DNA of 63,678 nucleotides, counting the filler, from Aduncisulcus paluster (lineage: Eukaryota), in NCBI GenBank assembly GCA_024181965.1. It is 8 parts of 8 records of this genome, joined end to end, with 100 filler letters (N's around TTAATTAATTAA, not from the genome) between each part and the next. Parts side by side here need not be neighbours in the genome. Positions count along the whole stretch, not along the records: positions 6,531 to 13,879 come from BQXS01012624.1; positions 13,980 to 25,411 come from BQXS01012628.1; 6 more parts are not named here. One strand, given 5' to 3'. Below the pieces are notes generated by a model. It did not search any database. It saw nothing but the letters and a program-made list of their open reading frames with translations, and was not told where the DNA came from. Every line of letters begins with the position of its first letter. The stretch's first letter is position 1. The position numbers were made by a program, and so were the translations under genes. Shown here one piece after another: positions 11,101 through 23,700 of this stretch.

Positions 11101-13879
11101 TCTTCCTCTTCCTCTTCCTCCTCTTCTTCCTCTTCATTGGATCCTTCTGTTCTTAGTCAAGTACAATATACTAGTCCAGTATCTTCTCTGCCTGTGGATA
11201 TTTCAATGATATTATCAATACCGTCCTTTTTGCCATATTCTTTGTTGATTTCGCTGTGTATTTGTCTATCTTTTTCTCCAAAGGTTTCTTTTTTCTCTTC
11301 ACATCGCTTGAAGTATTATCGAAAATTCCAGCACCAACCATCATATAAAGGTAAAGATATTAGATATACAGGTAAAAAGGGAAGAAAGATAATGGTTTCA
11401 GACAATCAAACAAATGTGATTGGTTCTTTCTTGATCTTTGAACCCTCAGATGAATATTCTGGTGATCATCGATATTTGTCTTCTCCATTTGATCTCTCAA
11501 AGATCGTTACACAATCAATGAAAGATGGGAAAGAGATCAAAAGAAGAAGAGAAAGAAGAAGAGAAAGAAGAGTTGACAAGGGTGGGTATTTCGAAAAGAA
11601 TAGCAATAATGATATTTCTTCGTTATTCTTAATTAACTCACAGTTTCCTCTTTTCTCTTCTTTCCTTGCGATCATTGAAAACATTAAGCAGGCTGAATTA
11701 AAACAATTTCAGATGACGAAAATAGAATTTGAGAAGAAAGTCGAGATCTGGGAACGTTACTCTAAAATTGAAGAGGAAGGGCGAATTAAACGAAAAAAGC
11801 AAGAAGAGAAGAGGAAAAGAGAAGAGGAAGAGGAAGAGAGAGCTGCAAGAGAGAAAGGAGAAAAGAAGAAGAAGAAGAAAGGAAAAGAAAGCGGAATTAA
11901 AACATTCTTTTCCCTGAAACGCAAGAAATCCAAAGAAAGTGAACGGCAAAAGAAGAAAGAAAGAAAGATGGAGAAGGAAGAGAGAGGAGAGGGAGAAGGA
12001 AATGTTCGCCGTTCTTCACGTTCTTCAGTGGTATCCTTCAAAGAGTTGCCATTATCATTACAAGCTGAAGAAACAACTGCCACTCGGACCCATAGTATTT
12101 CAACCGAAACCGAAGGATCAGTGCTTGAACAACATAAAATTATCCCGGAAGAAATTGATAGGAGATCTGGTTCTTTTTCTACGACTTCTTCTTCGAAACA
12201 AAGACCAACAAATATTTTGGAGTCTTCACATCCTTCTGAAACTGCTCTTGAACCAGGAAATCCCGCGATTGTTCATGAATCCTCCTCCTTGGGAGCAAAA
12301 AGTATTGTGATTCTACAAGATGACACAAGAGAAGGAAGAGAAGGAAGAGAAGGAAGAGAAAGGAGAGAAAGGAGAAGAAGTGACGATGAGCATGGTGATT
12401 CTGAATACAAAGAACAACCAACACATGAAACACTTGAACAAAAGCCAAGACTACTCCCTTATGGAGATGAATCTTTATCTATTGTTACTAACAATTCTAG
12501 TAGAAATCCAATCAATGATAAACTTCAAGAATTGAAGATTATCCACAATTCAAAATTATTCCTGCCACCTCGAGGTGTTTCGCAGCTTCTTCATGTTCTG
12601 TATTCATGTTTATGTTCACAATGGGAAAAAGATGTTTTGATGGGCGTTTCTTTGGAAGGATCTTTAGGTATCCTGGAAAGATGTGTTTCTATTAGTTTTC
12701 ATCTCATTCATAAGGAAGGAAGATCTTGCATAATCCCATTTTTAGCGCTTTCATGTGTTTCTATGTGTGGTGAATTGAGCGATGAATGGAAGAAACGTAA
12801 CGAGCAACTCTCGGCATATTCTTTGAGTCAGTTGGGTGCTGGTGGAGTCAGTGGCAAAGAATCTGATGAAACTGAACATCGAACAAGCAAAAAACACGAT
12901 CGGTGTGAGATGAGCATCTCTACCGGTGTGCAAAAGGAGCAACTAAAAGATGTAGATATGATCCACAAGCATATTGTTGAAGGACAAGAATCTGAGGAAC
13001 AGGAATCTGAAGATGAGAAGAGTAGTATTTCTCTCAGACTCGATGATATTGAAATTGGCGATATTTCTCAACAAGATATTCCTCAAACTTCTCTTCATGG
13101 TACTGCTAAACAAGATAAAACTGAAATAGAGCAAGAACTTCCACCTCTATCAACAGCTAACGTGTTAAAGGAAGGAAGAGAAACTCATGATTCTTCGAGG
13201 CTTCAAACATCTTCATTGTCTTCGAGAACCACTCATTTCTCCATTGTTCAGGTCTTTGGATGCTATATTTTATGTCTGTTATCCTTGATATATGATGAGT
13301 CTCGCTTCATAAATCCTCTTGTTCAGTATAGTAGTTTATCTCCTACAACATTCCCTCTGACTTTTCAACTGACCCACCCTTTTCAAGCATCAAAGATCAC
13401 CATCACAGATCGCATGCACTTATTGTTTAACAATTCTGACGCAGAAATTGAAGAGAAAGGGGAAGAGGAAGAGAAAGAGAAAGGGGAAGAGGAACATGAA
13501 AAAGGTTCTGAAGAATCAGATCATGATTTTACTTCTACTATGTCCACTGTGTCAACTGTCGTGGAAGATGTGAATGAAGAAGAAGGAGTGGTTTCTGTGA
13601 GTGACAGAAGTGTAGAAGATGAGGAGAGTGATTACTCAGATGGATCTTCTCATTCGACTTCTTCTCTAACAAAAGAAACTTCTGAGGGAACTGACAGAAC
13701 TGAAGAGAGTGAGGGGAAAGGAATTGGAATTGAAAGAAGAAGAAGCAGAAGCAGAAGAGGAAGAAGAAGAAGAAGTGGAAAGAGTAGTAGTTCGACCACT
13801 ACTGCTACTGGAGATATTACTGGAGATATTACTGATGAAGGAGAGCATGGCATTGATCATAAACATGCAAACATGTACA
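8132..13879 (+). CDS. EFR3: EFR3-family plasma-membrane PI4K adaptor, two exons (8132-8745, 8835->13879), greatly expanded by low-complexity inserts; 3' truncated
   Basis: The N-terminus MGCKCHRALKYKNLVDLVFP...LTNYANNSPNKLPNIGERI matches the EFR3 signature (Cys cluster, YKxLVDxIFP, LTxYAxxxPxKLxxIG). The intron joins the two track ORFs in frame. Confidence 0.8.
8746..8834 (+). other. Spliceosomal intron (89 nt, GTACGT...CAAG, phase 2)
   Basis: AT-rich; removal gives AT|G = Met and fuses ORF 8117-8815 to ORF 8722-13935 in frame. Confidence 0.85.
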
Positions 13880-13979
13880 NNNNNNNNNNNNNNNNNNNNN
13901 NNNNNNNNNNNNNNNNNNNNNNNTTAATTAATTAANNNNNNNNNNNNNNNNNNNNNNNNNNNNNNNNNNNNNNNNNNNN
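13880..13979. other. Artificial contig linker
   Basis: N44-TTAATTAATTAA-N44. Confidence 0.98.
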
Positions 13980-13986
13980 CCTGGAT

Positions 13987-14991
13987 TTTCGTTTGTTATG
14001 TTGTTGGAGATCCTGTCACGAGATGTGCTTTCGACTTTCTTGAACTCATGCGGCATGGCAATATACAGAGCCATGAGATATAAAAAACCTGCATGTTGGT
14101 GGAATTGTCACAGGGTTTTCTCAACTCATCGCAAAGTCGCCATTTGGAGCGCCCACTACCATATCCCTTGTGATTGAATGGGATAAAAATACACTTTCTA
14201 TCCGCTGCGAGATCATTTTATTCCTTGTACTGCACAGAGATTTGCAAGAAGGCTTCTTAATTGAATGAATGGATGTTTCGTGTCAAACGCCTTGAGCTTC
14301 TTTTCTAAAGACCATCCCTCGGAGCACAGGTCTATTTCCAATGTGAGATCTTCCCTTTTTTTTGGTGTCGTGGAATTCACAGATACCGTTTCCAATCGAT
14401 TAATCGACCAACGATGAAACAATGGGAACCTGCACATCCTTTGAAAGATGTCTTATTGAGTTGGCCCACATCCAATTCATGATTAATATCAAAAGTGATT
14501 GGAGGATGATCCCATTAATCCAGGAATCTCCAGCTCTCCATGACAAAGTAGTCCTGAGCTTCAGTGATACTGTTCGAATTGTATATTCGTTTCTGGAATT
14601 TGACTTTGTTCAAACGAAGCTTCGTTTTGCAGTCCATATCAAAGCAGTAACAACTTATTACTATTCTTGAATTGTGTTCCAGTTCGTGATGGCTTATGGA
14701 TTCTTTTGTTCTAAATACATCAGATTTTGTTCTCTCCATCCGTCCACCAATTGTTTCTACTAGAAAGGATAGTATCCACAAATTGATGTCTGTTATATCT
14801 GTACTATCGACAAATCAAGTCCAATAATGGTGCAATTAGGTCGCTTCTTTTTATTATCATCATGCAACTGTGAAACTCGTGATAGAAACGTATTCTGTGA
14901 AGACAAGTTGTTCAAAAGAAAGAAATATTGGCGATTCAAGTGAAGATTTTGAAGTTTTTGTAAATAATTGGTGAATGCATGATATTCATAT
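13987..14991 (-). repeat. Repeat copy A (inverted relative to 23917-25411)
   Basis: Its reverse complement matches 23917-25411 apart from scattered substitutions and indels. The same 74-aa ORF appears at 14213-14437(-) and 24960-25184(+). Confidence 0.95.
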
Positions 14992-15493
14992 CAATGATAT
15001 GGTTTTCGTAAGAGGCCTGTTGTGCATGTTGACCCAAGGTCACTGATTGGAAAGCGTTTTAATATTATTCCTTTTGTCCTTTCTTCTTCAGGTGTCATGG
15101 TGTAGCCAACGTAAAGTAAAGGCTCATAATCTCGGAGAACGGTATAGGAAGAGCATGAGTAGCTGATCTCACCTAAATAGTAAAACGATTCATCTTGGAA
15201 ACTCTTCAAGAGTTAAGCAAGTTGCTTCTTTTGGGAGAGATACAATTTCAGTTGCCATTAAACCCGAGTTTAATGATGCATTGTTTTCATTAATACGTTG
15301 ATAGCCGATGTTATTGTATTCATTTTGCACTGATCTTTCATAGATCCTGAGATTCTGAACATCCTTTTCATATAGATCTGTTCAAAAAGTGCTATTGAAT
15401 TGAGACTGAATTTATAAATATTCATAATATGTATTGCATTCTTTTTGATTGTTTTATTCTGGATTCTCCTTTTATTCATCCGGAGATGAGAGT

Positions 15494-16060
15494 TTACAAA
15501 TATCTCGTCGATTTTCTTCCAGTTTTTCCTTGTGCTTTACCGTACTGCCGATCTCTCGAAGGTTTAGTCGGTGTTATTCCTTTTCTTCTGAATTTTGTTT
15601 GTCTTCTTGTTGGTTCTATCGATTCAATGGTAAGTGGCCATGTATCTCTTCGAGCCCGAGTTATGCGTGGTTTTGGGTGCTTGTGAGGATGATGTGAGAT
15701 GCCACGTTTCACTTCTCGATGCATTTCCCGTCTCATCTCTTGATAGAGTTCTTCCTTCATCTCCTGACGGATTTCTCTCTCCAGCTTCTGTCTCATGTCA
15801 TATTCCAAGTGCTCCATCTTCCGCTGGATGTCTCTGATGTGTCTGTCTTGTCTTGTTCTTTCCATATATTTCCAGCGACCATGATGCCCTGGTCTTTGCT
15901 TATGGCGATCCTTGTGCTCTTGTTCATCGATGCTTATGGTCTGTGGAATGCAAGGGGCTGACGGGATACATGTGTCGGGGCATTCAATGGTATGTTCTTT
16001 GTGCTGATACATTGGATTCATTATCATTATCATTTCATTCGTTTCTGTTGTTGGAATCAT
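15494..16060 (-). CDS. Hypothetical 188-aa basic/coiled-coil ORF, possibly a gene relic
   Basis: Open frame with an R/E/Q/M-rich helical segment; flanking sequence has only short broken frames. Confidence 0.3.
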   Translation of the reverse strand: MIPTTETNEMIMIMNPMYQHKEHTIECPDTCIPSAPCIPQTISIDEQEHKDRHKQRPGHHGRWKYMERTRQDRHIRDIQRKMEHLEYDMRQKLEREIRQEMKEELYQEMRREMHREVKRGISHHPHKHPKPRITRARRDTWPLTIESIEPTRRQTKFRRKGITPTKPSRDRQYGKAQGKTGRKSTRYL

Positions 16061-17385
16061 CGAACACGTTCTTCGTGGTGCTATTATTAATTATTATGTG
16101 ACTGAATATATAGTATAGCTAAGATATAATTCTCTCGTATGTGAGTGTTGAGTGCAAAGAAAAACTGGATTGAATTTCTCCATACGTAAAATAGTATGGA
16201 GTGAGTTGCTCCGACTTGGAAATGAGTCTGAATCACTCACTGGGAAATCCTCAAATAAATCCCAATATGGACCATTTTACGTTTCATAATTAAATTATCA
16301 TTGTTGATCTTCGAGATAATTAAATTAATAGTTCGACTGGATGAAACTTTGAACCATGGAATATCTAGCCTAGACGGATAGTATCCGTTTATTGGAATAG
16401 ATTTTTAATATGTTAAGAATACTTGATTAAGGAAACATGATTCATAGCAGTCTCAGATCTGTATTTCACCCGTCCACAGATTTCTTAAAGTTTCAAATCT
16501 TTGAAGCGTTTTTCGCGGCCTTTCAGATTGTACCGACATGATCTCGTTCGGAATATTGTCGATATACATGAGTTGATGGACGAGAAAGTTTCCAATATGC
16601 CTCATAACTGACCTTGAATGACCTTTTATGGTGATCTATCAAATGAATTACGTTATGTGGGGAAGTTAGAATCATAATTGCATGCTTTGTTTTTATATTC
16701 ATTGCTATTTCCGTATTTACATTGTTCTATCTTGCATTTGCTGTATATCAGAAGATTTAGTTCTAATGCCCGTCATTATGCTCTAGTGTCGTTTAGATTC
16801 CAATATTCGATGTTTGATGGATGTAAAACTAATTAAATGATATTGATTGCCTCAATTATAATTATTGTTGTGGTTCATGTGAGACTATTGCCAAGATTTT
16901 GATGTTCTTTGTCTTTTCCATTTCTCTTGAGGCTATAATTTGAAAGCTCTGAAGTTTATCGTTTTGCTTTCATATTTTGTGGATATCCACCTTGTCTTGT
17001 TGTTGGTCTCGTTCGAGATGCTGAGATTTGAAGGTGGAGTGAATGGTGCTGGATGGAAACAGCTCCACCATGGAGTTGGTGCTGATACCGCTCGTGATGG
17101 ATTCTTTATTAAAGTCAATGTTCGAAAAAACGAAGGAGTTAATTCAGTTTATGGTTTGACGGAGGGTATCGGACGCTTTGTCTGTAAGAGCGGTCAATTA
17201 ATAATTAATTATTAATTATTAACCAAAGCTGATTTGTGAGGGAAAAAATAGCATCAAGTCTCTATTCTTCATTGTTGTAGTAAGAATAGGATAGGATAAG
17301 AATTCAATATAGGTATAGTGCAATAAATTCGAAATTATTGATTTCTATATATTATGCCATAACAAATTATTATTAATAATTATGG

Positions 17386-20295
17386 TTATTCTACTGTTGT
17401 TTGTTCAGCAGCAGCTGTTTGGAGATATTCCTGGTAACATAACCCAATGACATAATCGACAACACTCATCATGTCCTTACACTTTTCATGGACTTCTTTC
17501 AAGACTTGTTCCTTGTATTCTTTGTGCTTGCAGGTAATCACACGCCCAACAATCCCGATAATGCCCTCAAACCAGGCAATGTCGTGATATTCCCTCAGGC
17601 CAGATACACATAATCCGACACACCCACGCACCAAGTGTGCACATTCCTTATGGGATGAAATGCAACTGGTCACATCAAAGCCGAAGGAAGAAGCATTTTC
17701 AAGGAGGTTTACAACACTACTTATACACACAGATGAAACGGGTGCACTCACATCACACGCGCAGGCACATAAATATGAAACACAGAAAACGCACATGGAT
17801 GGAACAGAATTACTACATTCGACCTCTGAAGAATGAGACGGAGATTGAGTCGTATCTTGGTGGTGTCTTCCAGTTAGGAGTGATATTATGGCAAAATATC
17901 CAAGACATGCGGCTGAATGACGCCTGACACTTGCACTATGGTCCTCACAGAGAGAGTGAGATAACAGGGAGACGACATCGCGAGGAGTGGATGATTTAAT
18001 ATTGTATCTCTCAAAGTTACCAGTGAAAGAGTAATACTTGAAAAATGATGATAAAAGTAATCGGTTTTGTTTCTTAAAATCCATTCGAGCTTGTGGATCA
18101 TCATCTGAGAGTGGAAGAGTAGATCCTTGGCCATTGGATAATTTAGCCGTTATCTTGCCCAGTTCCTTGTCACTGGTAGAATTCCACTCCTTTTCGGCTC
18201 CTCCTTGGAGTTTTATCGTGCATATATTCAGTAATCGACTGAGTTGAAGGCAAAACGAAGATCTCACGCTTGCACTGGGATTTACAAAAGCAAGAGAAAC
18301 CACGTGCCCGATGGATGATGGAGAATAAGAGAAAATGATTGGAATAAGAGTTTGAAGGAAAGAAGACGGAGGAAGGGGAAGTTTTACCGAGGGGGGAAGG
18401 AGAGCGAAGGAAGAAGAGGGCTTGGAGGCAATCAAGGGCAGATCACTCTCAGAAATAACAGATATGGGTCTATTTGCAGTTGAATGCAGTGGAACATGGG
18501 ATTTTTCTGCGGCCTTTCCCCCTTCTTTTCCTGTGGATGATGCCATGCGTAGAAAAGCAAAACAATCTCCCTTGCTCTGTTCTTTATCAATAGAGACAAC
18601 TGTAGTTGGATCGTTCGTATGTGTACAACCTGTTTCTGAGGGTTTTGAAGATGCTTTCCCCCGTTTTTCTCCCTCACTCCCACAAATCCCTCCCCAAATA
18701 AGAGTAATCATATAGACACAGGCATCATTCACGAGCCTAAATAATCCGCCCACAGCCGACGAGCATACGGTTGGTGACGGTAAGAATCGTTTCCACCCAT
18801 GGAGTGAGGAGACAGAAGAGGACGAGAAAGTAACCGCCGCTGTGGCAGAGAATAGATGCTGGGCAAGAGTGCTCTCACACACGCTTCTACTGAGCTTCAT
18901 ACAGAGGTTAAGGACAGAAGACAACACCTTTTGTGGCGGAGCTAATGATGAGAGTCTCAATTTTGTTACGGGAGAGGTATCACTTCGGGAAGGAAACCAT
19001 TCCATTCCATGCTCCCATATTCGAGGTCGTTCTTTAACACATAGCGCACACTCACATACAGCATGTGTAAGAGCAGCACTTACTAACTCAGGCTGTGCGA
19101 GACATAATACAGTGTAGAGTAAAACACTTCGAGAGTAGATTGAGGGTGAGGTACACAATGTAGCAACACAGAATCGAGCAAGAGTGAGTAGGGGAGAAGA
19201 TAGAAGCAGATCAGAAGAGGAATCCGAAGATAATGACTCTTTCTGCATTGATTTCTGAGCAAGGATTGGAACATCAATTCGAGAATAAATATCTTCTTCT
19301 TCCTCCTCGACTTCTTCTTCTTCCTCTTCGTCCTTTTTATCCTTTCTTTTGGTTTCTTCATCTCTGATTTTCGAATTATTGCCACCGACTGAATCTTTTG
19401 GGTCATTGGGGTAAAAATCATCATCTCCATCGACTAAACAGCAACATAAAGCATGTTTGAGCTNNNNNNNNNNNNNNNNNNNNAGAAGCAGATCAGAAGA
19501 GGAATCCGAAGATAATGACTCTTTCTGCATTGATTTCTGAGCAAGGATTGGAACATCAATTCGAGAATAAATATCTTCTTCTTCCTCCTCGACTTCTTCT
19601 TCTTCCTCTTCGTCCTTTTTATCCTTTCTTTTGGTTTCTTCATCTCTGATTTTCGAATTATTGCCACCGACTGAATCTTTTGGGTCATTGGGGTAAAAAT
19701 CATCATCTCCATCGACTAAACAGCAACATAAAGCATGTTTGAGCTCAATAGCATCATCATTTGTGCATATATTACAAAGGAGTCCTATTAAAGCATCTTC
19801 TTTCACAGTTAACATTCCTTCCCTCCCAAGGATGTACCCCATCGAAAATCCACTCGATCCATGACGAGGATGTTGAGATGACGGTAATCCAGCATTTAAC
19901 AAGTATGGAATTGATTTTATGATGAAGTTCGCAGACAATGGAGTCAATCGCAATCCATCAAGCAAAATTCGTGTTTGTTGTTGCTCCTTGCTTGAACTAA
20001 CATTATCCCAAACAAATGCTGATATTCTTTTCAATAATGGTCGGAGAGCAATTTCTCTATTTGCTTCAGTCAGAGAAGAAAACTCACTGAAGTGATTCTT
20101 CAAAAATAAATGAGGTTTACCTTTATGAAAAGCTGACGTAAATTCCTTTTTCAATGAAGACGCAAGCTTTTGTTCATTCGAATTGATTCTAGAAGAAAAT
20201 TGAAATTCAAGGAAAGGATATCGAAGCATTTCAAAATCAATGCCTTCAATAGAGGCTATTTCAGGTTTTTTTGCATTTTCTGAATACCATGGCAT
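17386..20295 (-). CDS. HEAT/ARM-repeat-like hypothetical protein (~875 aa after removing the gap duplication)
   Basis: Long ORF with HEAT-like turns FVNPSASVRSS, CEDHSASVRRHSAACL and CDVSAPVSSVC. Confidence 0.7.
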   Translation of the reverse strand: MPWYSENAKKPEIASIEGIDFEMLRYPFLEFQFSSRINSNEQKLASSLKKEFTSAFHKGKPHLFLKNHFSEFSSLTEANREIALRPLLKRISAFVWDNVSSSKEQQQTRILLDGLRLTPLSANFIIKSIPYLLNAGLPSSQHPRHGSSGFSMGYILGREGMLTVKEDALIGLLCNICTNDDAIELKHALCCCLVDGDDDFYPNDPKDSVGGNNSKIRDEETKRKDKKDEEEEEEVEEEEEDIYSRIDVPILAQKSMQKESLSSDSSSDLLXXXXXXXXLKHALCCCLVDGDDDFYPNDPKDSVGGNNSKIRDEETKRKDKKDEEEEEEVEEEEEDIYSRIDVPILAQKSMQKESLSSDSSSDLLLSSPLLTLARFCVATLCTSPSIYSRSVLLYTVLCLAQPELVSAALTHAVCECALCVKERPRIWEHGMEWFPSRSDTSPVTKLRLSSLAPPQKVLSSVLNLCMKLSRSVCESTLAQHLFSATAAVTFSSSSVSSLHGWKRFLPSPTVCSSAVGGLFRLVNDACVYMITLIWGGICGSEGEKRGKASSKPSETGCTHTNDPTTVVSIDKEQSKGDCFAFLRMASSTGKEGGKAAEKSHVPLHSTANRPISVISESDLPLIASKPSSSFALLPPSVKLPLPPSSFLQTLIPIIFSYSPSSIGHVVSLAFVNPSASVRSSFCLQLSRLLNICTIKLQGGAEKEWNSTSDKELGKITAKLSNGQGSTLPLSDDDPQARMDFKKQNRLLLSSFFKYYSFTGNFERYNIKSSTPRDVVSLLSHSLCEDHSASVRRHSAACLGYFAIISLLTGRHHQDTTQSPSHSSEVECSNSVPSMCVFCVSYLCACACDVSAPVSSVCISSVVNLLENASSFGFDVTSCISSHKECAHLVRGCVGLCVSGLREYHDIAWFEGIIGIVGRVITCKHKEYKEQVLKEVHEKCKDMMSVVDYVIGLCYQEYLQTAAAEQTTVE
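19202..19745. repeat. 262-bp exact duplication flanking an N20 gap (scaffolding artefact)
   Basis: 19202-19463 = 19484-19745, with N at 19464-19483. Confidence 0.92.
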
Positions 20296-20701
20296 ATTTT
20301 GTTCTATTCCATCAAAAAAAATTAAGATTAAAGCGGATTGAATATCGTCAACAACAAAAGATTGCCGGCATAAGTTCTATACAATAATATGTATAATTAA
20401 GGATTATAATAGAAAAGTAACCCAAAATAATAAATGTTTAAGAATAAGTAGAAGATAATTCAATTCTTGATTCATATATATAGGAGACAAAACCTGATCT
20501 TTCGAAAATACAAGGAAAATAAAATTTAAATGTTATTAATCTGATATTTTGGAATATAATAGGACTAAAATTTCCAATAGAATGATCATTGGCTGTGGTA
20601 ACACCCAGATCAGAAGAAAATCGTGTTTTCCTCTGATATCAACCGATTTTCAAGTTTTTTCTGTAATATTCGTATTTGAATAGTTATTATTATTATTATT
20701 T

Positions 20702-23700
20702 ATGTCAATATTTTCATCAAATTTGTTTATGGTCCCCGATCAGGAAAGTGAAGTCTTTCCATCATCGTTAGAAGACCCATATCCCATATCTAGTTCTATT
20801 TATTGTCATAAAATAAGTGAAAACAAGAAAAATCTTTCAATTTTGCGATATGAGGATGAAAGAGTCATACATTCTAGAACTTTTGATTATTCCATCATTG
20901 GAGCCTTTTGGATTAAACATAGTCTTATTTGTGTGGTATCCATTCAGAATATTTTTATTTTTCAGGTTAGTGAAGGAAAGTTACAAGATATTGACAACTA
21001 TCACGAGTCTAATATTGAGTATTGTTTTGTGAAGCATTTATTTTTCGAATCTTCTTTGTATTTATTCTGTTCATGCAGTGACTATCGCGATGGTATTAAT
21101 TATTCTGATTTTTATAAATCTGAGAGTGTTGCTTGTTCGAAAAGGAAACTTTCTTCCATGTCTCCACCCGCCATTCATTTATTTATTGTAAGTATTTCTG
21201 ACCATTCACGTGCATTGGCAGGAGAGGATATTACCACGTATACTGCCTCCATTCGAAGATCTTCCCTTCGTTCAATGTTTTTCCACTCTTCTCCGCTGCC
21301 ACCTGAGTTATCTTCGTCATTCACAGTTCTTTTCCCATCTTTTCCTCCGGCAGCATTACTGTTTAACTCTGATTCTGCATCTACATTCTCTTTTTCAACT
21401 TCTCTATCCCCTTTGGTTTCATCTACCACTCTCAAGCATTCTCGTATTCCATCTGCCTCTACTTCTTCCCTTCGACTCCATTCTTCCAAGTAATCTGAGA
21501 GTGTTGCTTGTTCGAAAAGGAAACTTTCTTCCATGTCTCCACCCGCCATTCATTTATTTATTGTAAGTATTTCTGACCATTCACGTGCATTGGCAGGAGA
21601 GGATATTACCACGTATACTGCCTCCATTCGAAGATCTTCCCTTCGTTCAATGTTTTTCCACTCTTCTCCGCTGCCACCTGAGTTATCTTCGTCATTCACA
21701 GTTCTTTTCCCATCTTTTCCTCCGGCAGCATTACTGTTTAACTCTGATTCTGCATCTACATTCTCTTTTTCAACTTCTCTATCCCCTTTGGTTTCATCTA
21801 CCACTCTCAAGCATTCTCGTATTCCATCTGCCTCTACTTCTTCCCTTCGACTCCATTCTTCCAAGTCTACACGTTCTTTTCAAGCGTCTAGATCTTCCTC
21901 TCCTTCTCTTCTCCCGACATCTTCCCTGTTGCCCTTTTCTCTTTCTCTTCCAGAAATATCCCCATACTTCGCCCTTTCCTCACCGTCGTCACGTTCTTTA
22001 CTGTTGTATCACATCAAGGAACTTGAACCTACTTCCAAATGGGGGAAACTCAAGGAGAAACGACGCAAGAAACATTCTTCAGGTTCTTGTCATGAAAGTG
22101 GAGTATCTGAGGTTTTAGAGGTCAATATTGGTTTCGATTGTATTTCTCTACACAATATTGGCGGTTTACATGGCTTTTTATGTCTCGGTGAGTGTCGTGA
22201 ATACTCTATCGCATCAAGAAGAACCTCTCTGCAACAAGTGTGTGATGAGTCTAAAAAATCAAACCAAAGCTCAGATCTGCCTCCTTCAAAATCATGCGAA
22301 TGTGATGCTGAAGATAAAATCCCAGATGTTGTATCTGTTGAAACTGTGGAGATTGTTCCCATGACGTCTCAAGAAACTCAACAAGACCTTGGAAGACACA
22401 CAGAGCAGAGAGAGCAGTCTGGACTTGGCCCTGTCCAGTCTGGACGTTTGGCAGAGCAGTCAGGACATTTGGCAGAGCAGTCAAGAAGGCCTAATAGATG
22501 GTGTATTGTGTGTGGTGGTGAAGTGGTCTGTGCTGGAATGGATAATATTGATATATTATCGGAAGAAGAAGAAGAACCTAATATTGTATCCATCAGAGAC
22601 GAGGACGAGGAAGAGGAAGAGGAAGAGGAAGAGGAGAATGCTGACAAAGACGAGAAAATGGGCGAAAGAAAAGAAGGAGAAAGGATTATTGTTGAAATTG
22701 AGGAAGAACCGTCAGAAGCCGTGGATGAGACTGAGCTTGTATTGACTCCCGATCTCCATACCACGAAAGAGATACATGACGAAAGACAGTTGAAATGTAT
22801 TTCCACCCTGCCTTTCCTCATTTCTGTTTATCTCTACTGTGGGGGATCTCTACATCGAGTGAGTGATGACGACTCACTCGCTTCAGTATCTCTTGTTGAC
22901 CCTCATCAGATTGATATCTGTGGGGGGGCTGGAATTGGTGCCACACGTCGCATGTGTGTCAGTATTATGAGTTTATCGCCGCATCTATTAAACGATGTCT
23001 CCCCCCATGCATCTTCCACAGTCGCCGAATGTCTCTGTCGAGTGGCTTGCCAAGAAATTCTCCAGACAGGGTTGTCACGGTGCACTGATATTTGGAAGTG
23101 GGTGTTTGCGCTGATAGAGAATAACGATGAGACAATGGCCGTTAATGTGGAGGAAACAATAGATGCTTTGAGAGAGGCTTTATTCGGGATCGAAGGGTGT
23201 TCTGACGATTCCAGTGCTAAGGGGAAAGAAAGTGAACATGTATTCGAAGAACATGAACAATCAGAGCAACTTGGGTTCACATCTGATCTTATTTATCGCT
23301 GTTTTCATAGTGTGCTTCAGGAATTAGTTCTCCGAAAGAGAAGAAAGTCAACTATTTTATGCGTAATTAGACAATTCTTATCGTTTGTGGAGACAAATAA
23401 TATTTATTTCTCAAAATCTATTTATAGATATGTTATTGCTGATATATTTAAATACAATTTAGAGCATTGTCTTCCGTATAATATGCAGAGTATCTGTGGA
23501 GTTCTTTCAAATGCTCGTGAAATGATGCAAAGAGCTGAGTATGCTGGAATATGGGATATTCAAGAAAAGATATTGTTTTGTATCAAACGCCTTATGCAAA
23601 GAAATGAGAATATGTTGGCTTCTCGCTTATATCTGATTATTGGCCGTCCTCTGGCAGCTTTTAATCTCATCCCAGAACCCAAAAAGCATTATCTGGTGGA

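Noticed and set aside
14213..14781. Short ORFs shared by both inverted-repeat copies as possible small proteins
   Set aside because: Identity is explained by recent DNA duplication; neighbouring frames are broken differently in the two copies and no motif is recognisable.
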